The position numbers and the translations under genes were made by a program. Below are positions 51,569-61,743 of a DNA stretch of 64,000 bases, piece after piece. The notes under the pieces are model-generated. The model was not told where the DNA came from. It saw only the letters and a list, made by a program, of their open reading frames with translations, and did no database searches. Origin of the DNA: Candidatus Eiseniibacteriota bacterium. Its GTDB lineage: Bacteria > Eisenbacteria > RBG-16-71-46. Position 1 is the first letter of the stretch. The number at the start of each line of letters is the position of its first letter. The stretch spans positions 3,488,001 to 3,552,000 of the forward strand of contig OY970342.1 in NCBI GenBank assembly GCA_963717505.1. The letters are read 5' to 3'.

Positions 51569-52252
51569 TCACCGATAGATCGTCTTGAGCTGCCCCCAAC
51601 TCTTGCGCCTCACCGGCGTCGTTGCGTCGCAGAACTCGATCCTAAAGATGAAGTCGGCATTATCTTCCCCGCCGGCGACCGGGGCGAGTCCGCAAAACGA
51701 CAGCGCTCGGCCGGTTATCCATGAGATTCCGCTGGGATAGGGATTGAGCGTATCCGCGATAAAGCGAATCTCCCCGGGGTTGCAGGACTCAGCCTGGATG
51801 AAGAACGCGTACAGACCGCGCCGAGGCAGTGCCAGCGGTGGATCCAGCACGAACGGCATTTCCACCAGCTGACCTGGCGGGTTGCTGTCGAAGACCTCCA
51901 CGGTTGGCCCGTCCAGGAGGATCTCGCGGGTGTTGGGTCTCGGCGGGCTCAAACTCTCATCGACCTCCGTGATGAATAGGTGTCCGCCGAGAGAGTTGGC
52001 CCATGGCGGGCGCCAAAGCGTGATCATGGAGAGCAAGGTCTCCGGCGCGTAGAAGCTCTGTCCGACTGCACGGCCGAAGAACGTGCCGCGGGAGACATTC
52101 CACGAAGCGGTGTCGAGTTCAACCACCCTGGGTTGGCAGGCGCTAGCCGCCAAGGTGGGCTTCACCAACGCGGGGTGGGCCATCAGGTTCGCCCCGACGC
52201 CGCCGAGAAACCCCATGGCAGTAATGCCGAGGAACAGAAGACGCCCGGTCAT
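51569..52252 (-). CDS. Secreted hypothetical protein with C-terminal TPVRRKSWGQLKTIYR tail
   Basis: ATG 52252 overlaps the upstream gene's stop (ATGA). It has a hydrophobic N-terminus, a beta-rich body and four Cys. Confidence 0.75.
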   Translation of the reverse strand: MTGRLLFLGITAMGFLGGVGANLMAHPALVKPTLAASACQPRVVELDTASWNVSRGTFFGRAVGQSFYAPETLLSMITLWRPPWANSLGGHLFITEVDESLSPPRPNTREILLDGPTVEVFDSNPPGQLVEMPFVLDPPLALPRRGLYAFFIQAESCNPGEIRFIADTLNPYPSGISWITGRALSFCGLAPVAGGEDNADFIFRIEFCDATTPVRRKSWGQLKTIYR

Positions 52253-54414
52253 CGCACCATCACCACCTTGCCTTCGCGGCGATCGACTCCGGCTTCGAGC
52301 CGCCACAGGTAGATGCCGGAAGGTGCCGGCTGTCCCGCACGGTCCCGCCCATCCCAGATCAGGCGGCCTCCAGTGGGAGCACGAACCGTGGCCACCATGC
52401 GGCCGCCCACGTCGAACACTGCGAGGTGTGCCGTGACCCCAGGCTGAGTGACTGTTGCCAACCAAAAGAAGCCATCGGTCGGATTCGGGGAGCGGGCCGC
52501 GCCGATCGCCTGCGATGATCCGAAAACCCCCGGCCCCAGTGTGGGCTCGACCTCGATCTCGGCGATGAAAGCATCGGTGCCGCCGCTCGGGGTGGTCGCC
52601 ATGAACTTGACGAAGTAGAACCCGCCGCTCGGCACCGGTGGAGAGCACGTGAGCACGCCCGTGCCCGCATTCCAGCTCATCCAGGGCTGGAGAAGCTTGG
52701 CGTGGTAGGTGCGTGGATCGCTCTCCGGATCCGTGGCGACCACCTGTATCGTGTTATTGGATCCCTGGATCATGCTGAACGGCATCGTTGCCGTCGTGTC
52801 GTGGAGCGCGCGCGTGCCTTCGGTCGTGCTCGTCACCGACGTGAACTTCGGTGGCAAGTTCATGCGGCGGCGAGCGGCCCACACTTGCTTCGAGCCCAGG
52901 AGCAGCCGAGTGCCGTCGGGAGAGAGTCGCGGCGACAGGATCGGGAAGTCACCTTTCTCGGCGAAGTTGGTGTCGGGGCAGTTGATCACCATCTTCGCGA
53001 CGTCCGGGCTCGGCAAGGCAGGGTCGAGTGTATGGGTGAAGATTTTCCGCACCAGCTCGTCCTCCGCCCCGAAGCCGGTGACCATGATCGCGCCGTCGGG
53101 CGAGAGAGCCGGCTGAACGGAGTGGTGTGTAGAGGGTGGGACGAACACGGAGGCTACGGTTCCCCCCGCGGCCGGTACCTTCCACACAGCCCAGGGATCG
53201 TTTGTACTCAGACGGCGCTGGAAATAGATGGTTGCGCCATCGGGCGACCACTGCGGGTAGTAGTCGGTGTCTTGCGATGACGGTGACGTCAGGGCTACAA
53301 GCCCCGTGCCGTCGATGTTGATCTTCCAGAGACTCCAGCCACCACCGGCGTTGCAACGGGTGAAGGCGATGGATCGGCCATTGGGCGAGATCGCTGGCTG
53401 CGTGTCTCCTCGCAATGGCCCACAATTGCTGCTGGCAGTTATCGGAAACTCGGTGCTGCCGATCCATGGCACGAGTCGCCGTAGAACCAGGGAGTCGCTT
53501 CGATCGTAAAGGATCTCCCTATTGTTCGGCGACCAGATAGGGTCGTAGTCGTGGGCCGCTGCCGGAAGGAAGCTGATCTGGGTCGACCCGTTCCCATCCT
53601 TGGGATCGGACGGCACGACGAATACCTTGCACGCCGAGCCGCTGCCGCCGTCGCTGACGAACGCAGTATAGGCCACGTACTTCTGGGACGGCGACCAGGC
53701 GACTTCGCCCTCGCCTTTGGTGCCGACCTCGTACTCCTCGCAGGTCTCGCAGAAGTTGGTCCGGCGCACCAACGTTCCGTGCAAGACATTGCGGTGCCAA
53801 TGCTCGAGATGCGCGAAGGTGATGATGCCGGAGTCCCAGACGTCGACATTCCCGTCGTAGTTGATGTCAACGAGGTCGCCGATCGATTCGGTACGGCCGT
53901 CACCGTCGCCGTCGGTGGTGCGCACGATGCGTTCCGTGTAGCCGTGGTTGACCCCGGACACGAACAGGGTCAGGCGAATCTTCCCCCAGCCTGAGAAACC
54001 GGAGACCGTGATGCGCGTCTCGCCGTTGGCGTTTGTGGAATCGTCGGCGAAGACTGGGTTCGAGACGTCCTTGAGCTTGACGTTCCCCGAGCGAGGTTGG
54101 ATCTGAACCCAGATGGACTCGGGAGGGACGCCCGACTTGAGGTTGCAATTGGCGTCCTCGTAGCGCACCCAGACTCGGAGCTTGGACGGGTGCGGGTGGA
54201 CGAATAGCGGGTGGCCGGAAACGATGACCGTGTCACCCGCTGGGCAGGCCGCCAGCGAGTCGTTCGCGAACCAGTCTACGTTGCAGTTGAGCGGTCCCCC
54301 TGGGCCAGCGAAGCCGCCCGAACAGTTGCAGGCCGCGTGAAGCTGTTCGGGGCGGGGCGAACTCAAGAGCAGGGTGACCATCGCGGCGGATACCAGAAAT
54401 CGGAGCGTACGCAT
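52249..54414 (-). CDS. Secreted multidomain protein: Ig-like domain, dockerin-like motif, TolB/PD40 beta-propeller, cadherin/He_PIG-like Ig domain and FlgD_Ig/T9SS-type tail
   Basis: GAGGAGG RBS and signal peptide. Six W/I/L-SP(D/N/S) repeats, ATDPESDP, and tail SPNP...VFDVGGRMVAT...WDGRDRAGQPAPSGIYLWRL...KVVMVR. Confidence 0.82.
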   Translation of the reverse strand: MRTLRFLVSAAMVTLLLSSPRPEQLHAACNCSGGFAGPGGPLNCNVDWFANDSLAACPAGDTVIVSGHPLFVHPHPSKLRVWVRYEDANCNLKSGVPPESIWVQIQPRSGNVKLKDVSNPVFADDSTNANGETRITVSGFSGWGKIRLTLFVSGVNHGYTERIVRTTDGDGDGRTESIGDLVDINYDGNVDVWDSGIITFAHLEHWHRNVLHGTLVRRTNFCETCEEYEVGTKGEGEVAWSPSQKYVAYTAFVSDGGSGSACKVFVVPSDPKDGNGSTQISFLPAAAHDYDPIWSPNNREILYDRSDSLVLRRLVPWIGSTEFPITASSNCGPLRGDTQPAISPNGRSIAFTRCNAGGGWSLWKINIDGTGLVALTSPSSQDTDYYPQWSPDGATIYFQRRLSTNDPWAVWKVPAAGGTVASVFVPPSTHHSVQPALSPDGAIMVTGFGAEDELVRKIFTHTLDPALPSPDVAKMVINCPDTNFAEKGDFPILSPRLSPDGTRLLLGSKQVWAARRRMNLPPKFTSVTSTTEGTRALHDTTATMPFSMIQGSNNTIQVVATDPESDPRTYHAKLLQPWMSWNAGTGVLTCSPPVPSGGFYFVKFMATTPSGGTDAFIAEIEVEPTLGPGVFGSSQAIGAARSPNPTDGFFWLATVTQPGVTAHLAVFDVGGRMVATVRAPTGGRLIWDGRDRAGQPAPSGIYLWRLEAGVDRREGKVVMVR

Positions 54415-54785
54415 TTTGGGTGTCCTCCTCCAGATGAAGCAAACATGGAAAAGGCACCGGGGCTGCCACAGCAGTCGAGGTGTCGGCGGAAGGTCGAGCC
54501 GAATCGTCGTGGGTCACGGCAGTGGTTGCCGGCGGTTGGTCCCTTCCGGACCTCGGCGCTTCATCGCGCGGCGGGCGACGGCTGTCCTCGGGGTCGCCGG
54601 GAGAGGCGCGCGACTTGGTCATGCTGAGCGCCGATTGGGGCCCTGTCAACAGGATTCAGCGTATGCGTCAGTCCCCGGACGACGCGCCATCGTGAGGAGT
54701 TGCCGGCCAGCAACCTGCCGCGTATCGTATTCGGCCGTGACTCAGCCCTCGTCGACAGGAGGGAGTCGGACTCATCGGAGCGCAC

Positions 54786-55226
54786 ATGGACGTCGTTCCC
54801 AACATCGCATTCTGGCTCGCCCTGGGCATCGGCTTCGCCGTCCAGGGCTTCAAGGGCTTTGTCGCCTACTTCACGACCGGCCGCTGGAACCTGCGCCGGT
54901 TCGTCGAGACCGGCGGCATGCCCAGTTCGCACGCCGCCGGCGTTGCCGCCCTGACCACTTCGGTGGCGATCCAGGCGGGTCCGCGCTCGCTGATGTTCGC
55001 GGTGACCCTGTATTTCAGCCTGGTCGTTATGTATGATGCCGCCGGTCTGCGACGGGCTGCGGGCCGGCAGGCCGTGATCCTGAACCGGCTCATCGACGAA
55101 CACTTCAAGCACCCGGAGCGCGACGCCTCCCGCCTGATGGAGCTGCTCGGGCACACGCCTCTCGAAGTCCTGGTCGGCGCCATCCTCGGCGTGGCCTCCG
55201 CGTTGCTCTGGCATGGGATCTTCTAA
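54786..55226 (+). CDS. Divergent PAP2 family membrane protein (DUF212)
   Basis: TGGMPSSHAA, VMYDAAGLRRAAGRQA and ELLGHTPLEV. Confidence 0.92.
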   Translation: MDVVPNIAFWLALGIGFAVQGFKGFVAYFTTGRWNLRRFVETGGMPSSHAAGVAALTTSVAIQAGPRSLMFAVTLYFSLVVMYDAAGLRRAAGRQAVILNRLIDEHFKHPERDASRLMELLGHTPLEVLVGAILGVASALLWHGIF

Positions 55227-55230
55227 CCAA

Positions 55231-57123
55231 ATGAGCCTGCTCGAACAGATCCACTCCCCGGCGGACGTCAAGGCATTGGACCGCACACAGCTCGATGCCC
55301 TGGCCGCCGAGATGCGCCATGTCATCATCCAAACGGTCGCGCGCCGTGCCGGGCATCTGGCCCCGAACCTGGGCGTGGTCGAGCTGACCATCGCGCTCCA
55401 CCGCGTGTTCGACTCACCGCGAGATCGCATCCTGTTCGATGTCGGACACCAGTCCTACCCGCACAAGCTGCTGACCGGGCGCTACGAGCGCTTCGACACG
55501 CTGCGCTCCCTGGACGGCATTGCCGGCTATCCCAACCGCGACGAGAGCGAGCACGACCCCTTCGGTACCTGCCACGGCAGCACTTCGATCTCGGCAGCCC
55601 TCGGCTTCGCGGTCGCGCGCGACCTGCGCGGCGACGACAGCCACGTGGTCGCAGTGATCGGCGACGGTGCGCTGACCGGCGGCATGGCATTCGAGGGGCT
55701 CAACAACGCGGGCGAGCTGGGCAAGCGGCTGATCGTCATTCTCAACGACAACGAGTGGAGCATCTCGAAGAACGTCGGAGCCATCGCTCGCTACCTGACC
55801 AAGCTGACCACCAGCCGGATGTACCTGCGCTTCGAGCACGACGTCTGGGACCTGCTCGGTAAGCTGCCGGCGATGGGGAAGGTGGCGCAGAAGCTGGCCG
55901 GCCGCATCAAGGAAGGGCTGCAGAACCTGGTGGTGCCGGGCGTCCTGTTCGAGGAGTTGGGCCTCAAGTACTTCGGCCCGATCGACGGCCACAATCTCGA
56001 CGTCCTGCTCGAGACCCTGAGCGACCTGCGCCGCTTCGACGAGCCGGTGCTGCTGCACGTGGTCACGCGCAAGGGCAAGGGCTATGGCCCGGCCGAGACC
56101 GACGCCGGCACGTTCCACGGCGTCGGCGTCTTCGATCCCGAGTCCGGTGTCGCGGCCAAGAGTTCCAAGAAGACCTACACCCAGGTGTTCGGCGAGGTCG
56201 CGATCGAGATTGCCGAGCGCATGCCGGAAGTGGTCGCGGTCACCGCGGCGATGACCGACAACACCGGGCTCAAGGCCTTCGGCAAGAAGTTCCCCGGCCG
56301 CTTCTTTGACGTCGGCATGGCCGAGGAGCACGGCGTCACCTTCTCGGCCGGCCTCGCCGCCGACGGGCTGATTCCCTTGACCACGATCTACTCGACCTTC
56401 CTGCAGCGCGGCTTCGACCAGATCATTCACGACGTCGCGGTGCAGAACCTGCACGTCGTGTTCTGCATCGACCGGGCCGGGCTGGTCGGCGAGGATGGTG
56501 CCCCGCAGCACGGGGCGTTCGACGTCGGATTCCTGCGCATGATCCCCGGGGTCGTGGTCATGCAGCCGAGGAACGGCGAGGAGCTGCGCGACATGTTGTG
56601 GACCGCGGTCCAGTACCGGAAGGGCCCGATCGCGGTGCGCTACCCGAGGGCCAACGTGCCCGACCCAACGCCGCCGGCGCGCGAGCCGCGCCTGCTGACG
56701 ATCGGCGAGGCCGAGCAGCTCAGGATCGGTGGCGACGTCGCGATTCTGGCGCTCGGCACGATGGTCGAGCCGTCGCTCGCAGCGGCCGAGAGCCTGGAGC
56801 GGGATGGCATCAAGGCGACCGTGGTCAACGCACGCTTCGCGAGCCCGGTCGACGAGAACGTGATCACCGGATTGGCGCGCTCGATCGGGCGCATCGTCAC
56901 CGTCGAAGAGAACGTGCCCATGGGTGGGTTCGGCAGCGCTGTGCACGAGTGCCTCGACCGCCATGGTCTGTCGGGCACGCCGATGCACCGCATCGCGCTG
57001 CCGCGTGAATTCGTCGCGCACGGCAAGCGCGACGAACTGCTCGAAAAGGTCGGGCTCGACGCAGCCGGGATCGCCCGCCGCGTGCTCGACTGGGTCCAGG
57101 CAACGCAGAAGCAGTACGTATGA
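55231..57123 (+). CDS. dxs: 1-deoxy-D-xylulose-5-phosphate synthase
   Basis: GHLAPNLGVVEL, DVGHQSYPHK, GDGALTGG, GPIDGH, YSTFLQR and DRAGLVGEDG. Confidence 0.97.
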   Translation: MSLLEQIHSPADVKALDRTQLDALAAEMRHVIIQTVARRAGHLAPNLGVVELTIALHRVFDSPRDRILFDVGHQSYPHKLLTGRYERFDTLRSLDGIAGYPNRDESEHDPFGTCHGSTSISAALGFAVARDLRGDDSHVVAVIGDGALTGGMAFEGLNNAGELGKRLIVILNDNEWSISKNVGAIARYLTKLTTSRMYLRFEHDVWDLLGKLPAMGKVAQKLAGRIKEGLQNLVVPGVLFEELGLKYFGPIDGHNLDVLLETLSDLRRFDEPVLLHVVTRKGKGYGPAETDAGTFHGVGVFDPESGVAAKSSKKTYTQVFGEVAIEIAERMPEVVAVTAAMTDNTGLKAFGKKFPGRFFDVGMAEEHGVTFSAGLAADGLIPLTTIYSTFLQRGFDQIIHDVAVQNLHVVFCIDRAGLVGEDGAPQHGAFDVGFLRMIPGVVVMQPRNGEELRDMLWTAVQYRKGPIAVRYPRANVPDPTPPAREPRLLTIGEAEQLRIGGDVAILALGTMVEPSLAAAESLERDGIKATVVNARFASPVDENVITGLARSIGRIVTVEENVPMGGFGSAVHECLDRHGLSGTPMHRIALPREFVAHGKRDELLEKVGLDAAGIARRVLDWVQATQKQYV

Positions 57124-57995
57124 CCGCGCGCATCCGGCGCGTCGGCGTGCTCGGTCACGCCGATCGCCGTGGCGTCCAACGTGCGGCGAAGGCGCTGCGC
57201 ACATTGCTCAAGCGGCGCGGGATCGAGACTCGATTGGACGCCCGGCTGGGCGCCGAGCTGGGCGGCGGCCAGCCACTGCGCGAGATGGCTCGCTGGTGCC
57301 AGATCCTGGTGACCCTGGGTGGCGACGGCACCGTGCTCGCCGGCGGACGCGCGCTGGCTGGGACCCGCGGCGTCCTGCTGCCGATCAATCTCGGCGGCCT
57401 CGGCTTTCTGACCGTCGCCGACCAGAAGGAGATGGGCAAGGCCGTGCGTCACGCGCTGGATGGCACCTGGCCGGTCGTGGCGCACCGCATGGTCAGCGCG
57501 ATCGTCCGCCGCCGTGGCCGCACCGTACGGCGCGCGGTCGCGATGAACGATGCCGTGATCAAGGGCGCCGGCGGCTACGCTGCGGTGCACCTGCGCATCG
57601 GCACGCTGGGCAGCGACCTCGGGCACCTGGTGGCTGACGGCCTGATTGCCGCGACCGCTGCCGGTTCGACCGCTTACTCGCTGTCGGCCGGCGGACCGCT
57701 GATGGCGCCCGACGTCGAGGCGATGGTCGTGACCCCGGTGTGCGCGCACAGCCTGGGAAGCCGCTCGCTCGTGCTCGCTGCGGGAACCGAGCTGGAGGTG
57801 CGCGTCATCGGCTCCTTCGATCGGCCGGTGCTGCTGCTCGACGGGCAGGACGTCGTCGACCTCGCGACCGGCGACCGGATCAACATTCGGCTCGATCCGC
57901 CGGCGCTGCGCATCTTCGAGAACCCCGCGCGGCCGTTCACCGAGCGCTTGCGGCGCAAGCTGCGCTGGCAGGGAAGCGCCAAGCGCAGCATGTAG
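57120..57995 (+). CDS. nadK: NAD kinase
   Basis: LGGDGT, INLGGLGFL, AMND, DGLIAAT and GSTAYSLSAGGP. Confidence 0.95.
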   Translation: MTARIRRVGVLGHADRRGVQRAAKALRTLLKRRGIETRLDARLGAELGGGQPLREMARWCQILVTLGGDGTVLAGGRALAGTRGVLLPINLGGLGFLTVADQKEMGKAVRHALDGTWPVVAHRMVSAIVRRRGRTVRRAVAMNDAVIKGAGGYAAVHLRIGTLGSDLGHLVADGLIAATAAGSTAYSLSAGGPLMAPDVEAMVVTPVCAHSLGSRSLVLAAGTELEVRVIGSFDRPVLLLDGQDVVDLATGDRINIRLDPPALRIFENPARPFTERLRRKLRWQGSAKRSM

Positions 57996-58004
57996 GGAGC
58001 GCCC

Positions 58005-59693
58005 TTGCTCGAACGCCTGACGATTCGTGATCTGGCTCTGATCGAAGCCACCGAGATCGAGCTGGGCGCCGGCCTGACCGCGATCACCGGCGAGACCGGG
58101 GCCGGCAAGTCGCTCCTGGTGCAGGCGCTCGATCTGGTGCTCGGCGAGCGCGCCGACTCGGGCGTGGTGCGCGAGGGCGCCACCACCGCGCGCGTCGAGG
58201 CGACCTTCCACCCGTCCCGCGAGGTCGCGAAGGCGCTCGCCCCGTGGCTCGCGGAGCCCGGCATTCCGTTCGACGGCGAAACGTTGATCGTTCGGCGCGA
58301 GGTCTCGCGCGAGGGCCGGAGCCGCGCGATCGTCAACGACACGACGGTGACCCTGGCGACGCTCAAGAGCCTGGGCGAGCGGCTCGCCGACCTTCATGGC
58401 CAACACGAACACCAGAGCCTGCTCCGACCCGACGCGGCGATTGCGACGCTCGATCGCCTGGCCGGGCTGACCGAGACTCGCGAACGTTACGCCGAGAACC
58501 GTGCCGCGATGCTCGAGGCGGCCGCCGAGCTGGCGCGCATCGAGACGTCCCTGGCCCGAGTCGGCGAGCGGCGCGAGTGGCTCGAGGACGCGGCGCGCGA
58601 GATCGACGACGCCCGTCTGGCGAGCGGGGAAGAGGAACGACTGCGCGAATCGGCGGCGCGACTGGCCCATGGCGAACGACTGAGAGAGCTGAGTGCTCGG
58701 GCGCTGGCGGCACTCGGCGAAAGTGACGAGGCCGCAGTACACGGCATCGCGACCGCCGCTCACGCCGTGGAACAGGCCGCGGCTCTCGACCCGGCGCTCG
58801 GCGACCTGCGCCCGACGCTGGACGAAGCGCGCGTCGCGATCGACGAAGCCGTGAGGATTCTGCATGAATACGTCTCGGATCTGGGCGAAGACCCGCGCGA
58901 GCTCGAAGACGTCGAGGCGCGGCGAGAGCTGATCGCCCGCCTCATGCGCAAGCATCGGCGGAGCGTCGAGGACCTGATCGCCTGGCGGAGCGAGATCGCC
59001 GCCGAGTTGGCGCTGGCCGAGGACGGCGCCAACGCTCGCGCCGGCGCGCGCGCGGCACTCGACCAGGCCGAAGCGGCGTGCCTGGCGGCGGCGCGTTCGC
59101 TGTCGCGACAGCGCGCGATTCGCGGCCGCGAGTGGTCGGCGACTCTGACCCGCGGGCTCAAGCCGCTCGGCTTTCCTCATGCGCGAATCGCCTTCGCGGT
59201 GCGCAAGGTGGCGAACGCGGCGCACGAGCTGGGCCCGATGGGCGCGGACCAGGTCGACCTCGAGTTCACCGCCAATCCGGGCGAGCCGGCGCGGCCACTG
59301 CGCCGAATTGCCTCGGGGGGCGAGCTGTCGCGGGTGATGCTCGCTCTCAAGTCGGCGCTGCAAGCTCAAGACTCCGTTGACGTTCTGATCTTCGACGAAG
59401 TAGATTCGGGGATTGGCGGCGCGGTCGCTCAGGCAGTCGGCGAGCGGTTGGCGATGCTCGCGCGTCATCGTCAGGTTCTGTGCGTGACTCACCTGCCCAT
59501 GATCGCCGCCTGCGCCGGACACCATCTGCGCGTCACCAAGGAGGTGCGCCAGGGGAGGACGGTCGCGCGCATCGAACCCGTCGAGCGCGATGCGCGCATC
59601 GAGGAGATCGCCCGGATGCTGGCCGGAGCCCGCGCCACGGCAACCACGCTGCGTCAGGCGCGCGAGCTGCTGGGAGCGGGGAAGGGTTCATGA
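58005..59693 (+). CDS. recN: DNA repair protein RecN
   Basis: TGETGAGKS, HGQHEHQ, ASGGELSR, FDEVDSGIGG and VTHLP. Confidence 0.96.
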   Translation: MLERLTIRDLALIEATEIELGAGLTAITGETGAGKSLLVQALDLVLGERADSGVVREGATTARVEATFHPSREVAKALAPWLAEPGIPFDGETLIVRREVSREGRSRAIVNDTTVTLATLKSLGERLADLHGQHEHQSLLRPDAAIATLDRLAGLTETRERYAENRAAMLEAAAELARIETSLARVGERREWLEDAAREIDDARLASGEEERLRESAARLAHGERLRELSARALAALGESDEAAVHGIATAAHAVEQAAALDPALGDLRPTLDEARVAIDEAVRILHEYVSDLGEDPRELEDVEARRELIARLMRKHRRSVEDLIAWRSEIAAELALAEDGANARAGARAALDQAEAACLAAARSLSRQRAIRGREWSATLTRGLKPLGFPHARIAFAVRKVANAAHELGPMGADQVDLEFTANPGEPARPLRRIASGGELSRVMLALKSALQAQDSVDVLIFDEVDSGIGGAVAQAVGERLAMLARHRQVLCVTHLPMIAACAGHHLRVTKEVRQGRTVARIEPVERDARIEEIARMLAGARATATTLRQARELLGAGKGS

Positions 59694-61156
59694 CCACCCC
59701 GTCGCGCAGCGAATTCCGCACCCTGGCCGGCGGCGGCAAGCTGGTCCCGATCTACCGCGAGGTGTTCGCCGACCACGACACGCCGGTCTCGGCCTTCCGC
59801 AAGATCGACGACGGTAGCTACGGGTTCCTGCTCGAGAGCGTCGAAGGCGGCGAGACCTGGGGGCGCTTCTCGCTGCTGGGTAGCAGGCCGTCTTTGGTGT
59901 TCGCCGCGCGCGGGGACCGCTGCGAGATCCGCCAGGGCGGCAAGGTCACGCCGGGCACTCGACCGCCGGTCGAAGAGCTGGCGGCGTTGCTGCGCGATCA
60001 TCAGGCCGTGCCACTGCCCGGGCTGCCACGTTCGTGCGGCGGGGCGGTCGGCTATTTCGGCTACGACGCGGTGCGTTGGTTCGAGCGTGTACCCGACGAG
60101 AACAAGAACGACCTCGACCTGCCCGACGCCATGTTCCTGTTCGGTGACGTGGTCAGCGTGTTCGACAACCTCACGCACACCTTGAAGGTGGTGACGCACG
60201 CGCGTGCGGGCAAGGATCCCGACGCCGCCTACGACGCCGCGGTCGCGCGCCTGGATGCCGAAGTCGAACGGCTGCGCAAGCCGCTGGCCTGGTCGGAACC
60301 CCCGGCCGGCAAGCCGCCCGGCGAGCCGACATCGTCGGCGTCGCGGAAGGAGTTCATGGCCGCGGTCGATCGCGCCCGCGAGTTCATCCGCGCCGGCGAC
60401 ATCTTCCAGGTGGTGCTGTCGCACCGGATGAGCGCCCCGGTCTCGCACCCGGCGTTCGAAGCCTATCGCGCCCTGCGCGTCACCAACCCATCCCCTTATA
60501 TGTACTACCTGCGGCTCGACGGCTTCTCGCTGGTCGGCAGCTCACCCGAAGTGCTGGTCCGCCGCACCGGCCCGGCGGTCGAGGTTCGACCGATCGCGGG
60601 GACGCGGCCGCGCGGGCGCACGCCGGAGGAGGACCAGAGTCTCGAGCAGGAGCTGCTCGCGAGCGACAAGGAGCGCTCGGAGCACGTGATGCTGGTCGAC
60701 CTCGGGCGCAACGACGTCGGCCGGGTCGCCGAGTACGGTACGGTCGAGACCAACGAGTACATGACCGTCGAGCGCTATTCGCAGGTCATGCACCTGGTGT
60801 CCAACGTGCGCGGGCGCGCGCGGCCGAACCTGGCCCCGATGGACATCGTCCGCGCCTGCTTCCCGGCGGGAACCGTGTCGGGCGCCCCCAAAGTGCGCGC
60901 CATGGAGATCATCGACGAGCTGGAGGCGGTGCGCCGCGGCATCTACGCGGGCGCGGTCGGCCACTTCGACTATCATGGCAACCTGGACCTGTGCATCGCG
61001 ATCCGGACGCTGGTCTACGCCAATGGACGCGCGCACTGGGGCGTGGGCGCGGGGATCGTCGCCGACTCCGAGCCGGAACGGGAGTGGGAGGAAACGCTGA
61101 ACAAGGGACGTGCGCTGTGGCTGGCGGTCGAGCGCGCCGAGCGGGGGACCGAGTGA
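59690..61156 (+). CDS. trpE: Anthranilate synthase component I
   Basis: [41 protein letters not shown] and [11 protein letters not shown]. Confidence 0.95.
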   Translation: MTTPSRSEFRTLAGGGKLVPIYREVFADHDTPVSAFRKIDDGSYGFLLESVEGGETWGRFSLLGSRPSLVFAARGDRCEIRQGGKVTPGTRPPVEELAALLRDHQAVPLPGLPRSCGGAVGYFGYDAVRWFERVPDENKNDLDLPDAMFLFGDVVSVFDNLTHTLKVVTHARAGKDPDAAYDAAVARLDAEVERLRKPLAWSEPPAGKPPGEPTSSASRKEFMAAVDRAREFIRAGDIFQVVLSHRMSAPVSHPAFEAYRALRVTNPSPYMYYLRLDGFSLVGSSPEVLVRRTGPAVEVRPIAGTRPRGRTPEEDQSLEQELLASDKERSEHVMLVDLGRNDVGRVAEYGTVETNEYMTVERYSQVMHLVSNVRGRARPNLAPMDIVRACFPAGTVSGAPKVRAMEIIDELEAVRRGIYAGAVGHFDYHGNLDLCIAIRTLVYANGRAHWGVGAGIVADSEPEREWEETLNKGRALWLAVERAERGTE

Positions 61157-61743
61157 TCGGAGTCATCGACAACTACGACTCGTTCACCTATAACCTGGTC
61201 CAGTACCTGGGCACGCTGGGCGCCGAGGTCGAGGTGCATCGCAACGACGCGATCACCGTCGCGGCCCTCGCCGCCCGTCCGCTCGATGGGCTGGTGATCT
61301 CGCCCGGACCGGGCGAGCCGCGCGATGCCGGCATCTCCGAGGACGCAATCCGCAAACTGGCGGGCACGGTGCCGATCCTGGGCGTCTGTCTGGGACATCA
61401 GGGCCTGGGCGAGGTCTACGGCGGGAAGGTCGTGCGCGCGGCGCGGCTGATGCACGGCAAGACCAGCCCGGTGCTCCACCTCGGCCGCGGACTGTTCGCG
61501 GGGCTCGACAATCCGTTCGAAGCCACGCGCTACCACTCGCTGATCGTCGAGCGCGAGAGCCTGCCCCAAATCCTCGAGATCGTCGCCTGGACGCCGGAAG
61601 GGGAGATCATGGGGCTCAAGCATCGCGAGACCGAGACCTGGGGGGTCCAGTTCCACCCCGAGTCGGTGCTCACGCGTCAGGGCATGAAACTGATCGAGAA
61701 CTTCCTCACGCTGTGCCGCCAACACCAGGGGCTGCGCAAATGA
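61153..61743 (+). CDS. trpG: Anthranilate synthase component II (glutamine amidotransferase)
   Basis: [28 protein letters not shown] and QFHPES. GTGA overlap with trpE. Confidence 0.95.
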   Translation: MIGVIDNYDSFTYNLVQYLGTLGAEVEVHRNDAITVAALAARPLDGLVISPGPGEPRDAGISEDAIRKLAGTVPILGVCLGHQGLGEVYGGKVVRAARLMHGKTSPVLHLGRGLFAGLDNPFEATRYHSLIVERESLPQILEIVAWTPEGEIMGLKHRETETWGVQFHPESVLTRQGMKLIENFLTLCRQHQGLRK

